Shown in pieces: positions 17,335-55,179 of a DNA stretch of 64,000 nucleotides. The notes beneath the pieces are model-generated. The model was not told the DNA's origin. It searched no databases and saw only the letters and a list, made by a program, of their open reading frames with translations. A program made the position numbers and the translations under genes. The DNA lies in contig CM022667.1 in assembly GCA_012295275.1 (NCBI GenBank), forward strand, positions 2,108,001 to 2,172,000. Direction: 5' to 3'. This stretch comes from Chrysomallon squamiferum. Taxonomy: Eukaryota > Animalia > Mollusca. Every line of letters starts with the position of its first letter. Within the stretch, counting starts at the first letter, position 1.

Positions 17335-18166
17335 TAGTGCAAGCTATAGAACAGAAAATTAACTGTCATATGTTTTTAAAACGAATATGTGCAGATTTTT
17401 TTTTTTTTTCAGTTTTTAATTTTATTTACTTTTCTATTATTTGTGTTTTATATTTTTCTCCTTATTTAATTTTTCCTTTTTTTTTCTTTTTTCTTTCTTT
17501 CGTTCTTTCTTTCTTTATTTATTTAGTTAGGTTTTTCTCTTTTTTTCCGTTCTTTGTCATTTACTTCTTTTTACAATTTTTTTTTTTTTTTTTTTTAAAT
17601 TAAAGATTCAAGTTACTGGTAATTATTTTGCATGAGTATAATACATGCGACAAATCCACCTACTCAGAAACTGACGTCATTTAACAGACTTCATAGTCGA
17701 GAGCGAAGTACTGTAGACTTGCCGAATAATTTACCTTGTCGAAAACCTGTTTAAATTTCTGTATACGAATTACGTGTCCATGTTTCAGCTGAAAATTGTT
17801 TTATTAACAGCAAAGATTTCTTGTTCACTAACGGCTTGGAAATATTCAGATCGTTTGAAATGTTTACGACAACCATCAGTCGATTTGTTTTTTCGTTAAA
17901 TTGACTCATTTAAAAATACGTTTTAAAAGTCACGTAAATACATGGTTTACGGTAATGTATAACGCGTCTGCTTTCCCTTGACTTAAAAAAATGTGTTTGA
18001 TCTATATTATAAAAGTATTGCCTTGCATTCTGTGTGAATATGTAATCATATCACGTCTTGTCTACACGCAGGTGTGTATTGTTGAGATTCTGATGCGATT
18101 GTAATCAGCAAAACGATAAACCTGTAACAAAGGTGAGTTTGTTTGGATCTGTGTACGTGTGGGTGC

Positions 18167-18200
<34 letters not shown>

Positions 18201-18891
18201 CTGTGTGTATCTGTATTACTTCTTGTTATTGTTTTTGTTGTTTATTTATTTTTATCATCATCGTCATAATCATCATTTTTATTATTATGATTATCATAAT
18301 TATTACGAATATTATCAACATCATCATCATCATTCTTGTTATCGTTATCATCAGTACTATTATTATCATCACTATAATCATCATTATTATTATAATTATG
18401 ATAAATATCATTATTATTACTTTTATCATCATCGTAGTTATTACCATCATTATAATTATAATTATCAAGATATCATCATCATTTTATTACTATTATCATC
18501 ATCGTAATTATCACCATCATTATCATCATCATTATAATTATATTTATCAAGAAATTATCATCATCATTATCATAATTATTATAATTATAATGATCGATAT
18601 ACGACCATCATCGGCATCATCATAATCGTCATCATCATTATCATCATCATCAATATTAGCATCATCATTCGCAGCAAGTTAAATGTGGGGTTTTTTGTCT
18701 AACGCTGGGAAGGTTCACACTAAAGATTTCATTCTGCTAACAGATAAAACAGCGGCGACTGCGGGATTTTTCTCTTACGTCACTGAAGTCTCGGTATTCC
18801 TTCACAGTATGTCTGACCTCGAAATAACTGTTAATGTTAAAATTAATTGTCTCGTTTTGAACTTTCGTTATTAGTCTGCACGTCTAGAAAG

Positions 18892-29455
<10,564 letters not shown>

Positions 29456-30020
29456 ACACAACCGAAGGACAGTACATTCCGTTACATACTTCATATTCAT
29501 CTTAAAACAAATATACTACACAAAAACAGTTATGGACGTTTAATTTTGACCTGAAGTGATAGGAAACTAAATATATTCTCTCTACCTCTGCCAAATGATT
29601 ATTTTATCATGTCTAATAATAAAATATTTTATTTTGTTCAAGATGTTAAAATAGTTGATATTTATCTTTTTATTCCTTTTTTCTTGTAATTAGTATTTTT
29701 ACTAAAACTCTGACTGCATGAGAAACAACAATACTGCTGTGATATGACGTCATCGAAAATAAAAATGTAATATTACCCTTTAAGTAGTTTTAGTAGTATA
29801 TTATTTTATTTTCATACATTTATTATTAGAAAAGATTGGTTGGCGAAAAAAGTATTTTGCATATGTGGTTACGCAAAATATGTTTAAAACATCTATACTT
29901 GTCATTTAAATTAATGTTTAGAATAGCAGCTGTTTCACGGAATAACGACTCAAATCTGAAATATTTTACTCATAAATGACAATAAAACTAACTCTCATTA
30001 AGTTGATTCATGAGGAAAAA

Positions 30021-30067
<47 letters not shown>

Positions 30068-31021
30068 CCACCTATATTTATAAACTCTAAACAGTAGAGT
30101 GAGAATTCAGTATGAAATGATATACAGCCAATCTCTCCTTTTCTTTATCATGATTTTCATTTAAATTTTAGGTTTATGTCATTTACAATGATGGTCCCCC
30201 ATTAATAAAATCTCAAATACTTGGAAACGTGATTTACCATCGATGTAAATGCATAATCAGAGTTAATGTTTGTTGTGTTAGCTGCAAAAGTTATAAATTA
30301 AACGGAATGGAATTTAACGAATGTTTGTTTTCTTCCTTTTATTTATTTATTTATTTTTTCATTTTCTTTTTCTGTTTAAATTTGATTTGATTTGCTTTGA
30401 TTTTCTTTTATTTCTTTATTTCTTTATTTCTTGTTGTTGTCTCGTTTTGTTTTGTTAGTGTTTTTCTTTCTTTTTTTCTTTTTTTAATTACGTTTATTTA
30501 TTTTTGTGTGATGAAGAAGTAGTAGTAATAGTAGAAATAGTAGCAACAGCAGTCGTAATATTAGTAGTCATAAAAGTAAACAGTAGCAATAGTAATAGTT
30601 ACAGTCGTGGATGTAGTGGTAGTTGTCACAAAAGTAGCAATAATCATCTAAAGCAATAGCGTTTTAATGTAATCACTGATGTAACCACAGAAAATAATTG
30701 CACTTAATAATTATAGTTGTCTCCCTTGTATAGTCGACATGAAAGAAAAAGATGTTCATTAACAAAATGACACAGACGTGTGAGCGTGTGTGTGTGTGTG
30801 TGTGTGAGTGTGTGTGTGTGGGGGTTCTGCTTCTTATTTATGTTACTTTATTTTGTTGGCTGAATGTTCCAGAGGAGGAAATTTGTATGGAATTAAATAT
30901 TACGTAGTTACGCTATGACGTCATAATAGTGTCACCATTAACCTCTTCTGTTCTCACCGCTGTGCTGAATTAGCTGTTATCTGTAAGTATTTTATTTCGT
31001 TTATTTGTCTTATAGATAATT

Positions 31022-31052
<31 letters not shown>

Positions 31053-31245
31053 TATACTCATTCATATTTATCCGTTCCTTTTATATTCTTAAGTTTATTG
31101 ATTCAAGTTTTCAAAACTGTTTTTAGATATTTACGTAATAAAATCTGTAGGGCTTTCTCCATTTTTGGTACTATCCAACTGAACCTGATAGAGATGTGAC
31201 GAGGTCATGAACCAGTGACAGCGTTATATACCCTCTGCAACATAG

Positions 31246-31489
31246 ATACATACATTCATACATACATACATACATACATACATACATACATACATACATA
31301 CATACATACATACCTGCATACATAGATACACACATACATACATAATACCTATATACATAGATACTTACATACATACATACATACATACATATATACATAC
31401 ATACATACATACATACATACATAGATACCTGCATACATACATACATACATACATACATAGATACATACATACATACATAGATACATACA

Positions 31490-31521
<32 letters not shown>

Positions 31522-31669
31522 CATACATACATACATAGATACATACATACATACATACATACATACATACATACATACATACATACATACATACATACAT
31601 ACATACATACATACATACATACATAGATACATACATATATATTACATACATACATACATACATACATAG

Positions 31670-31702
<33 letters not shown>

Positions 31703-31850
31703 TATATACACACACACATATACATACGTTATATATACATACATATATACACATACATACATACACATACATACACACACACATATATATACACATATAC
31801 ACACACACATACATACATATATATACATACATATATAGACATACATACAA

Positions 31851-31894
<44 letters not shown>

Positions 31895-31900
31895 GTTGTC
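31246..31900 (+). repeat. Long (ATAC)n/(AC)n compound microsatellite, representative of dozens of (AG)n, (ATT)n, (AC)n, (TAG)n and (TAAG)n tracts in the window
   Basis: Directly visible simple repeats. Confidence 0.95.
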
Positions 31901-32428
31901 TTATATATATATAAGAACACATATGCATGCATGTGATGTTTGTGTGTATTTATTTTATTAGTTAATCTGGTACTGCAAGTATGTATTTAGGTGTATATGT
32001 AAGTACGCACACATACACACACACGCACATAGATAGATAAATGTGTGTTTTTGTGAGTAGTATAGAAAAGCTGGGAATGTGGATCTACATATAGATTGAT
32101 GGACTGACAGAATGGTTAGACGAATGGATGGATGAATTAATTATCTGACTGATAGATAGATAGAATGAGAGATATGGACGGATGGATAGAGAAAGATAGA
32201 TACAGATAACAAATGAACTTAGTAAACATCACTTTGGATGTAACTGGTCTAATTCCAAGGTCAGTTTTGCTTTGATTTCTTTTTCTCTTTTTTTCTTTCT
32301 TTTTTCTTTTTTATTCCCTCTGTTAACGAATGTTTACTAATAACCGTAATCTGACACGCAGCGAACAAACAGCACGCCCCCACGATTTTCTCTTCTTTAT
32401 TAGCTGTTTTTGTTTCGTGTGTCTGTGA

Positions 32429-32463
<35 letters not shown>

Positions 32464-32637
32464 TGTGTGCAGTGACAGAGAGAAAGAGATAATAATAATA
32501 AAGACACAGAAAGATAGACATATAAAGTTAGAAAACATATAAAGACATAAACAGATGGATAGATTAACAAATCGTTCGAGAGAGAGAGATATAAAAGAGG
32601 CAGATAAATTGACAGAAAGACAGACAGACAGACAGAC

Positions 32638-32733
<96 letters not shown>

Positions 32734-32779
32734 TAAAAGAGGCAGATAAATTGACAGAAAGACAGACAGACAGACAGAC

Positions 32780-32903
<124 letters not shown>

Positions 32904-33215
32904 TATATATCCACATCAATAACGGGGCCTTCACCCGCTTCTGATTACAGTCAACAGCGCGACCAGTTGTTGCGATAAATACATGGCATTAACATGAAGC
33001 AGTAAATCTATCATTTATCTGCATCTCTTTTCTCATCAGTTCTTAACTTTTTTAATAACTGAATTTATCCACCAGCGTCGAGTCGATTGTTTGATGGCTT
33101 GTTTATGCTGTGTAACGTCTGCTCGTGTTTTCTTTACCGTCCACTTCTTAAATGATTCCATCATCAGAATTTCTGCTACAAAATATACACAACCTTTGTC
33201 TATATTTCTTACTAA

Positions 33216-33310
<95 letters not shown>

Positions 33311-33548
33311 GATGATGCTAGTTAGTAGTATATTGGATTTTTTTATTTTTTTTTTTCAGGTAGGTTTGTATATCTGTTAGTTATTAATTGTAACAGTTAA
33401 TCAGAAGCAAGGTTGTTTTGTTTTTGTAATATCCTATCTTCTGTTAAGGTCTTGTTGATGAGATGGTTTATCAAAGGTGAATAATATATTGTATGGTTTA
33501 ATAATAACTTAGAATTTGATTTAATTAAGATAGTTTTTCAATCTTTTG

Positions 33549-33588
<40 letters not shown>

Positions 33589-34577
33589 GTGGTTTTTTTT
33601 TTGGATTGTTTATGGTGGTATTTTTTTTTTTATTTTTTATTTTGAATTTATAAATTAATTTCAATGTTACGAGAATTAAACGTGTGCTTAAGATGTTATA
33701 ATAATCACATATTCTTTTGGATCTATTGCAAGGGTGATTCATTGCATGCTGAATCCTCCTATTTTGATTTGCATATGTATTTACGTGTGTAGGTAAGTAG
33801 ATAGGTAGGTAGGTAAATAGGCAATAGGTATATAATGTATCTGTGTGTATGTTCGTATGTGTCTATGTATTTATGTATTTCTGTGTTTCTGTTTTTGTTT
33901 ATGCACGCTATCTAGTCACGTATGCGTATTTCTCTGTACGTATGCTCGACTGTGTGTGTGTGTGTGTGTGTGTGTGCGTGCGTGCGTAAGTATGTGTACT
34001 ATGACTATTTCAGAAAAAAAAACAAAGATCGGGAATAATTACTGAGAGACCTTTTTTATTTTTTTTTTTTTTTTTTATTTATTTTTGTTTTTTTTTTCTT
34101 CTATGTAGCTTATACGAAAACTCCGTCAACAACTCTCCTGCTAGCAGTTACTGTTAATTAAGTAAAAAAACTAATAACTAGTGTTTCTTAACGAGATCTC
34201 TCACTGATTTAACCTTATTCGCTTAGCCTGGTGATTATGTTACTAATGAACATCATGCAGATCCATTACACAGTTCGTGTCGATTATAAGCACGAATATA
34301 AGTAAATATGTGTGTGGGTATGGGTGTGTATAGGTGTATGTGATTGCGTGTGTGTGTGTGTGTGTGTGTTTCATATATATATATATATATACGAAATATA
34401 ACCACATTAATGAGTATCGTATTATGAAAAGGTTAACAAAAATCTTCTATATGACTAATTTGCATAGGAAATAATGATATATCCTAAACACAAAACACAC
34501 ACAAATATGTATATATGTGTCTGTATGGGTATGTATGTGTTTGTGTGTGTGTGTGTGTGTATGTGTGTGTATGTGTG

Positions 34578-34618
<41 letters not shown>

Positions 34619-35304
34619 ATATATATACACAGACACACATACATACACAAAAAAACACACACACGCACATCTAGATTTATCTTGACAACACTTTGTTCAT
34701 GGAGTATGTGCCCAGGCAGGGCGTACTTTAATAACAAGCTGTTTATTATTATAAGCACGTTAAAACATCCATTGCAGTTTACACACGTTTTTAACGGCGA
34801 GCCCGGGCACGTGTTTGAAAAATACAAATAAAACATTTAATGTCTCAAATATCCTTTTATTAAAACATTATTGTCTAGGAAAATAATACATTATAATATA
34901 ACAAGAAATGCATTATAGAAATAGAATTTCTATAAATAAAAATTATGAAACAATTGAAATAGTAACAACAACAACAACAATAATAGTACCTATAGAAAAG
35001 CAACGCTAATACAGTTGTTTAATTAAGCGTAGCATAGTAGTAGCTGCATTAGCAACCGAATGTTAGTATTTACAGTCTTATTTGTAGTAAATGTTGTTAC
35101 TGTTGTTGTCGTTGTTTATTTTATTCACAGTAATCGTAGAAACAGAATCGTTGTTGTAGCTGTTTAGTGGCAGAAATAAATCTATCTTCTTCTTCTTCTT
35201 GTCAAACAAAATCACCTTAATTATTATTTAAAAACTTTAGAAAGCAAATTAACAGTGTTATTGTGTGTTTTTCTCTCTCTCCAGAAAGCAAATTAACTTA
35301 ATAA

Positions 35305-35438
<134 letters not shown>

Positions 35439-35641
35439 AGTCATACAATATATACATAATATACATAAATTATTACCGTTAAAAAAATTCAGAATGCAAA
35501 TTGACACGTTAAAATAATGACTCTTGTTTTACTCTCTCTCTCTCTCTCTCCATCAATGATACAATATATACAAAATATACATAAGGTTTTAATTATATAG
35601 CTTTTACCTTTTTTCTTTCTTTACTTACTTTTCTTTTTCAA

Positions 35642-35676
<35 letters not shown>

Positions 35677-35773
35677 TATATAATATATATATTATTGTGT
35701 TCATCTCAATTTTTGAATTTTTATTTTATTTTATTTTATTTTTATTTTAACAATCAAGTCATTGAAACAACAG

Positions 35774-47176
<11,403 letters not shown>

Positions 47177-47271
47177 GTTTTCAGTGTGTACAAAGTATGA
47201 AAGTTTTAATTAACTCTTTCTTTGTGGATAACAGCACCGGCTAGCTTTGCTTTAAAATGTTCCCTATATAA

Positions 47272-47304
<33 letters not shown>

Positions 47305-47871
47305 CCCCTCAGCTTTATTTGGAAATAATTTAAATTTCCACAAACCTGTTAGGAAAATAACTTATAGTGCCACAAAACTGTTTGAAAATAACTTCTATTT
47401 CCACGATTCTATCCAAAACAATATCTTGCATTGAAAAATATCTTATAAATGCTATATTTCCACAAGTCTGGAAATAACTGACTTATCCTCCGGTGAAAAA
47501 TATTCTCAAGTCTTAGAAATTATCTTAAAATATATATATATATATGTATATATTTTTTGCCCACTGTTTTGCAGTGTCTTTATTCCAGAGTATATAATTA
47601 ACAGCTGGCTTATTAACAGTCGTCGCAGTCATGTCTGGCAAACCAATCGATGAACTCGTGGATGACTGTGACGTCATCGCTGCTGTCAACCAATAGGTGA
47701 CAACTTCGGTGTGTGTCTCTCTCTAAGCCGAAGCTGTCAGAGAAACGTGGAATTTGTGTTACGATTTACCATGAATTAACACGAATTCTTCGAAGTATTC
47801 TTTTCAGTTACGCTGAATGTCGGTTATGTAATAGCATGTTATATGTAATCTACCTTATCATGAGAGAAAAA

Positions 47872-47966
<95 letters not shown>

Positions 47967-48899
47967 AAAACCAGATTAGAGAATTTAAAATGACTTTTAT
48001 GCATATGATAATATGGATTACAAATAATATTCTATGTATGCATATCGAGAGTGAATTGTGCGCGTAATTCTGTATTTCCTCTCCGACGAGTTCCTTTGAA
48101 TAATGAGAGAAGGGAAAAAAGATAAACAAACATCTATTTTCTAAATCTTTGTCTCTTTCTTGTTCATTTTAACTCCACTTTAACTTTTTTCCAATTTACA
48201 AATAAAACGGTAATGTTATATACGGTATATTTCTTTTTATTCATTTATACATCTTACTTTTATTTTGGCTATTTATACGTTCTTTCATTTATTTATTTAT
48301 TAACTTATTTATTTACTTATTTAATTACTTAATTAATTAATTAATTAATTAATTTTTGTATTCATTCAGTGATTCATTCATTTGTTTTGGTTATTTATTC
48401 ATTCTTTCATTCATTGATTTATTTCATTATCTCTATAGATATCTGTCTTTCTCTCTTTCTCTCTGTCTGTCTACTTTACCTATTTATCTACCTATCTATC
48501 TAAACTAATTATTAATCTTTTTATTTTGTTTTGTTCTGTTTCATGGCTCTCATTAAAAAGACAGTTAAAATAAACGTTCTTGCTGACGATGATATTTCCC
48601 TGTTGTGCAATTTCTCTGCTTGTTTTGCTAATTTCGCTCACAGGAACCGAACTTCTCTTCAGTGATTCAATCATAAAACATTTTAGTTTGATTCCTAATA
48701 AACCCAGAACTCTCCCAAGGGTTCACTTGCATTTGGGTGGAATCCCATTTAGCCAAATTACTAATGAGACGACTAGCATACATGTCTTCATTTCATTTCA
48801 TTAACAACGTATTAAACGTGGCACGATTCACTGAAGCCCATGTTAAGTATGCATTCCTAAACAGTACAGCACAGTTGATCCTAACGTTAAATTGCCAAG

Positions 48900-49760
48900 C
48901 CATAACACAGTGTATAACACAGTCGAACCATTTGTTAAATATGTAACCATAAAAACATAACACTTTCGAACCGTTTGTGAAAAACGTAACCATGAAAATG
49001 TAAAAGTCGATTGCGTTTGCTAAATATGCAACCACGAAAATAAAACACTTTCGAACCATTTGTGAAATACGTAACCATGAAACTATAACAGTCGAGGCAG
49101 TTGCTAAATATGTAACCACGAAAATAAAACACTTTCGAACCAATTGTTAAATATGCAACCATAAAAATACAACACTTTCGAACCATTTGTGAAATACGTA
49201 ACCATGAAACTATAACAGTCGAGGCAGTTGCTAAATATGTAACCACGAAAATAAAAATCTTTCGAACCAATTGTTTCGAACCAAACAACGCAGTCGAATC
49301 ACCTGTTTAATATGTAACCATAAACATATAACTCGTTCGAACCAGTTGTTAAATGTGTAACCACAAAGAAATAAGGCAGTCGAATCAACTGTTTAATATG
49401 TAGTGATGAAAATATACAACAGCTGAACCAATACTAAATATGTAACCATAAACATGTAACACAATCGAATTATTTGCTAAATATGTAACCATAAAAATGA
49501 AGTTGATGTTAATATTTCGGCATAAAAGTACAACAGTGGATTGAAAAGTAACCGATGGTAAATACGGTGAACTCAGTTGTAGCCGATATTAATATGTAGC
49601 CATAAAAAAGTAACACAGTTAATACAGTTGTGACCATTGTTAAGTATATAACCATAAAAATATAAAACAATTTTTCCAACAGTAACGATGTTCTATTTGT
49701 AGCCAAAAATATATAATACTTGTAGCCATAGATATTTAACACTAACTATAAAGCTGTTAC
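48900..49760 (+). repeat. 41-43-bp minisatellite with a 127-bp higher-order duplication
   Basis: Units aaatatgtaaccacgaaaataaaacactttcgaaccatttgt. The trimer at 49021-49147 is repeated from 49148. Confidence 0.8.
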
Positions 49761-50735
49761 GTATATGGCTGCAAATATGTGACACACTAACTGTAACGCT
49801 GTTACGTAATCAACAATAAATATATGACGTATGTAATCATTAATACGTAAAACAGTAACAGTATCTGATATTAAGTGTGTAAATATAAAAAGGTAAAAAT
49901 AGAGGAACCAAAACGCTAACAAAAACAAAATTTAAAAATGAAACACCATTAACGAAATATATTTTTGGAGAATAACAGTTTATTAATAGAACACATTTGA
50001 AGGTTAATGTTAATTAAAATTTATATTTATCCGCGCATGGTCAAAAAGAAAACATGCATCTGCCTTTGAAAGATTCATAGCATAGTGAAAGCAAACCGAA
50101 ATCCTGTCTATAATCTATTAACCTCAAAGAAATAAGAAAAGAGTTTCGATCATATATTGACAGATACTGATAAGATCAACCAATGCCAAAATGCTCCAAG
50201 TTATGAAAGTCAAATTTAACGGACATCTTGCTTTTGTTTGTTTGTTTTTTTGCTCTTTTTTTTTCGGTTTGTTTTTTTAATAGTTATATTTCATTACCTT
50301 TTTATCAGTTATATCAGAATCAGTGGTGTATTGTTCAGATCTCGGCTGGTTCTAAGTACTTCATTTCTTTTGACTAATTACAATAAATATTCTCTCCGAT
50401 TCTCGTATCATCTTTAAAATCGATATCTACCATCAACCACTGCTCGACTTTCTTTAGTCACTCATCTAAGCAAACAAAACAAAAAAAAAGATTAGAATAA
50501 CATTTCTAAGTAAAATATCTCGCTAATTCTCTTTCCCATAGTTAGTGAAACCTTAAAACTGATTAATATAGAACAGTTCTGACTGTGATGCGTCTAAATC
50601 GAGCGTTTAAATAAAAATAAAAAAAATTTAAAGTTGTTTTCTCTTTCATTCTTGGTTAGGTATAATGCCAGACTTGGAAGTCTACCTTGTGTGTGTGCTG
50701 TGTAGAGTTAGCTGAATCTTGTATTATTTCGCACC

Positions 50736-51505
50736 GAAGTGGAAACACAGATTAAGATAAATCTTTGAAAAATACATTTCAGACTATAGCAGCATGTTTT
50801 ATTGATTGTCAAGGCTTCTGTCTGTACCTGCAAGTGAAAGCAACATATTAACTGAATTTTGAGGCGTCCAATTATATTTAATATAAAAAATTACAAGCGA
50901 TATTTTTTTTTCGAAATGCTGTAGATAATGAGGGCAACACAAAAATATAAATGGTATTCATGGTAACGGTGATGATCACTGTCATCGTTATGATGATTAT
51001 TAGCATGATTATCATCATAATTGTCATTATTATCATGATTATCCTAGTAACCTTATGTATGATGGAGGTAATAACGGATATCTATTAACAGTGTGTTTTC
51101 ATGACCACAAAAGCAATAAGAAAGCCAATAATGATTATGATGATGATGATGATGATGATGATAATAATAATAATAATAATAATCATAAAGGCCAGTATGA
51201 ATCCAAAAATAATCAGATCATGATCGTGATGACAATGATGATGATGATGACCATCATCATCATCTATGACAGTGATCATCATTAATGCCACTTTTATGTC
51301 CATTATTGACAACATTTCGAACAAATAGCGCTTCTTATTTATTTTATTTCAGTTATTGCTGGACATATGGAAACCAGATAATAGGCTGTCTTCAGTTGCA
51401 GCTATTACTTTCGTACAGACATGGAACGCTAGATGAACATTAAACATGCTGCGTTTGTCTGAAATGTATTTTTCAAAGATTTGTCTTAATCTGCGTTTCC
51501 ATTTC
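50736..51505. mobile_element. MITE/foldback-like element with ~68-bp inverted arms (50736-50804 and 51438-51505)
   Basis: gaagtggaaacacagattaagataaatctttgaaaaatacatttcagactatagcagcatgtttt matches the reverse complement of the right arm with few mismatches. Confidence 0.65.
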
Positions 51506-51927
51506 ACTGCAATGATTCTGGTCTGGAACAGACTTCAGACGTCAGAACCAGTGTTTTATCTCTTGTAGATACACTTTTTTACTTATCTGTGGTAATTAGT
51601 CTTCCACTTTGTGATCACCGAACCATCGTATAAAAAAAGTATAAAGAAATCTGTCGAGTTAATAAATGCTTCAGCTGAAATATTAACCAAGATTTTTTGC
51701 TCGCGTACATCTATTGACAGTACTATTTTTTGTCAAGTAGTCTTTATTGCTTTCAACTAAAATAACATGCGAAACAAAAAAACTAGTTGAAACTTTTAGA
51801 AAAGTACGTCTTTGTTTTAAACCCGGAAGATTCTTTTGAAACGTATTTGTGTTAATAGAAGATTCTTCTAAAGTGCACCTGTAGATGTAGAACAAAAATC
51901 AAGAAGTAAGTATATGTCAGTACAGAC

Positions 51928-52290
51928 AAACCAGGAATATACTACTGAAGTGTATACATGTCGATACAATCAAACCTGGAAGATACTACTGAAGTGTATA
52001 AATGTCGATACAAACAAACCTGGAAGATACTACTGAAGTGTATAAATGTCGATACAAACAAACCTGGAAGATACTACTGAAGTGTATAAATGTCAATACA
52101 AACAAACCTGAAAGATACTACTGAAGTGTATAAATGTCGATACAAACAAACCTGGAAGATACTACTGAAGTGTTTAAATGTCGATACAAACAAACCTGAA
52201 AGATACTACTGAAGTCTATAAATGTCGATACAAACAAACCTGGAAGATACTACTGAAGTCTATTCTGAAAAATCAAACCTGGAAGATTCT
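51928..52290 (+). repeat. 44-bp minisatellite (aaacctggaagatactactgaagtgtataaatgtcgatacaaac), ~8 copies, decaying to ~52540
   Basis: Period of 44 bp (aaacc at 51972 and 52016); the central copies are near-identical. Confidence 0.92.
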
Positions 52291-53480
52291 ACTGATTATA
52301 CATGTCGTATCTAAACAAACCTGCTCTATTCAAAAAATCGAAGAAAATTCTACTATTGAAGTGTATCTATGTCTGCAAAACATCGAAGAAAATACAACTA
52401 TTGAAATGAATCTTTATCGGTATAAATAAAGCAGAAATATATTACTGATGTGTACCTAAGTCGATACAAACAGGGAAGTGTTTTTAGTTTGATACAAACA
52501 AACCAGGAAAATTCTGTTGAAGTTATTGATACAAACAAAATAACCTTTCAACATGTCAGTGCTTGGCTTGTTTTACAAACACTTGTAATAATAGGATGAC
52601 AATACTATTGTGATTCGCAAAAAAATCTGGCTTTTCAGAGAAACAAAAATGATATCATGTTTAATACAGAAGTGTTTAAAACGTTATCGTTACATTTTTG
52701 TTCAATTTATTATTTACCGTCGTTTCATTGCTCTAAGTAATGTGTTTTGACAAAAAAAAAAAAAAGTGTTTTGCAGTTTTGTCTATCCATATTCTGAATA
52801 TCCTGTTTTTTTTTTTTTTCTGTTTTTCAATATTTTCCAATATGTTTTTAATTAAAATGTGTTGTCAGTGTTGACTTTTCTCTTAAATGGGCTTGCAACA
52901 GTGTTATGAAATAAAAAGTTTTTTGACTAAAACTACTGACGAAGAACACGTAATACTTTTTAATGCAGTTATTTTTGAATGTATTCAAAAAGAAAATAGT
53001 TTTTTTTTTTTTTTCATACAGCTATTGATCATGAGCACAATACTTTCTTACAATAAAGTACTTATTAAAGTAGTTATCTCTTTGTTCGTAACTCTGAGTA
53101 GTATAATAAGTAAATACGTTAATGGAACCACAAACACCTCACAGCTTTCACTTTGCAGTACGTATAATCACTGATTTGTTTCAGTGTATTAACAGTAATC
53201 GATTTGCAGCTTTTGAATTAGTCACACAGAAAGGTCCTGCGATTATCATGTTCTAAATATTTTTTCAAGGGATTCGAGTTTCTTTGTGGCCTCGAGTTTC
53301 TTTATGATATCTCCGTGGCATCAAATGTTGTCAGCTATGACACTGGTTCTAATGTAAGTAAAATTCTCGTGCTTAAAATTTACCAGAAAATTACCAGGAT
53401 CAGTGTCCAAGTCTAAGTTGTTTTTACTTTTGTCTGATCCTATTCTGAACGATTTTCAAACGTTCTATAAGAATAAAATG

Positions 53481-53562
<82 letters not shown>

Positions 53563-55115
53563 GATGATGATGATGAACAGGTAATATGATCTGTTAATCA
53601 TTGTCACTGTATCAGTAGGCTGTTTTCCAGTTCCTAACAATGCTCTAAGACCATTCTGTTTTTTTTTTTTTTTTTGTTTTGTTTGTTTGTTTCTTCGTTC
53701 GTTTTTTCTGTTGTTATGTTTTGTTTTATTTTGGTGTGTTTTTTTTTTTTTTCTATTCAATAGACTATAGACTCAATAAAAAGGGACACATCAAAAAGAA
53801 ACAGCTCATCTACTCAGTAAATGGAATTAATGAAGAAAACGCTGTGAATTTCCATCTAAACAAGAAATGTTTATCAGGTGTCAGATTAAACCTAGTGACT
53901 GTGAATGTTATAATTTGATAACCTGCAAAAAATTAATTCATTCAATATGAGTGAGCTAGCAATAACTTGAGAGATATAATTCACATCTGATTAAAGATTC
54001 ATTCTAAAGACTTGCCTCAGATGCAATGAAATGAAGTCATTAAAGATTTTCTTGAAATAGATTGGAAACAATCTTTATAAACACCATTAACATTTCATGG
54101 TTTATTTGTTCATTGTATAAAATTCCCCATCGAATTTATTGAACATAATTCTTTAAAAACATAATTAATCCGTTCATTTAACACGAATTCGTAAATATAC
54201 AATTTTTCATTGTTTATTTAAAAATTCAAATTCAAAGATTCACCTGCATTGAAAATAATTCTTTAAAAACGTAATTATTCATTCATTTATTTACAAGTAT
54301 TCAGTTCAAAGACAGGTCAGAAATGTACTGAAAATAAATATTAAATAAATAAATTCATCTGTTTGTTTACATGTGTTAATTTCAATCATTTACCTACACT
54401 GAAAGTAATTCTTCAAAAATATTTTTAAAAGAAATAAAAAAAATAAAAATTATTTACTTCAATTCATTCAAACTTCTCGCCGTATAAAAAAAAAAAATCA
54501 AGTACTTGAAAATGCACTGGACTTTCAAAAGGTGATATGCACTTGCGATTTATTTTTACAGAATCGATGCTAATTTGCAATATAATTATTTTTTTTATTT
54601 TTTATTTTTTTATGTGTTACGACAGTACGGTTCTGACATTTTGTCGAAAAATATGACATAATCTTTATGTTCAGTATGGAATATAAATTATTAATTCAAT
54701 ATACATTCATCCTGTTTTCCCTATCCAATATGGCTTCTTACATAATTATGTCGGTGACTTACAGAATTCATAATAAACAAAGCACACACTGAAAAGAGGA
54801 GTCATTAGGAAGCTATAAATAGTGGTAACTGTCAGTATTAATTGTTCACTATCATCGGCGCAAAACTGCTAATACAGTAACCTATACACAACAATGTATT
54901 TGAGATCGATATATTTTAATAATTAACTTCCTTTTCTGTCACTTTACTTTTTATTATATTTTATTATAGTAAATCGCAGATTAATGAGTGCAAGAAAAAA
55001 AAAAATTAATTTACAAGTGAAGAAAAAAAAAAAAGCGCGTAGCGTATAAGTTAAATGGTGGGACGACACAAGCGCGCAAGACAATGAAACCTTTTGTTGT
55101 TGTTGTTATTATTAA

Positions 55116-55157
<42 letters not shown>

Positions 55158-55179
55158 CATTTAAGAAATATTTGTCCAA

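Noticed and set aside
47643-47694. CCAAT-CRE-CCAAT cluster as the GPCR promoter
   Set aside because: The position ~500 bp upstream of the ATG is plausible, but TGACGTCA occurs at several other sites in the window and there is no transcription-start evidence.
51928-52290. Regular 44-bp array (also the 31-, 40- and 43-bp arrays) as CRISPR-like
   Set aside because: The units are head-to-tail with no unique spacers, no cas genes are present, and the context is eukaryotic.
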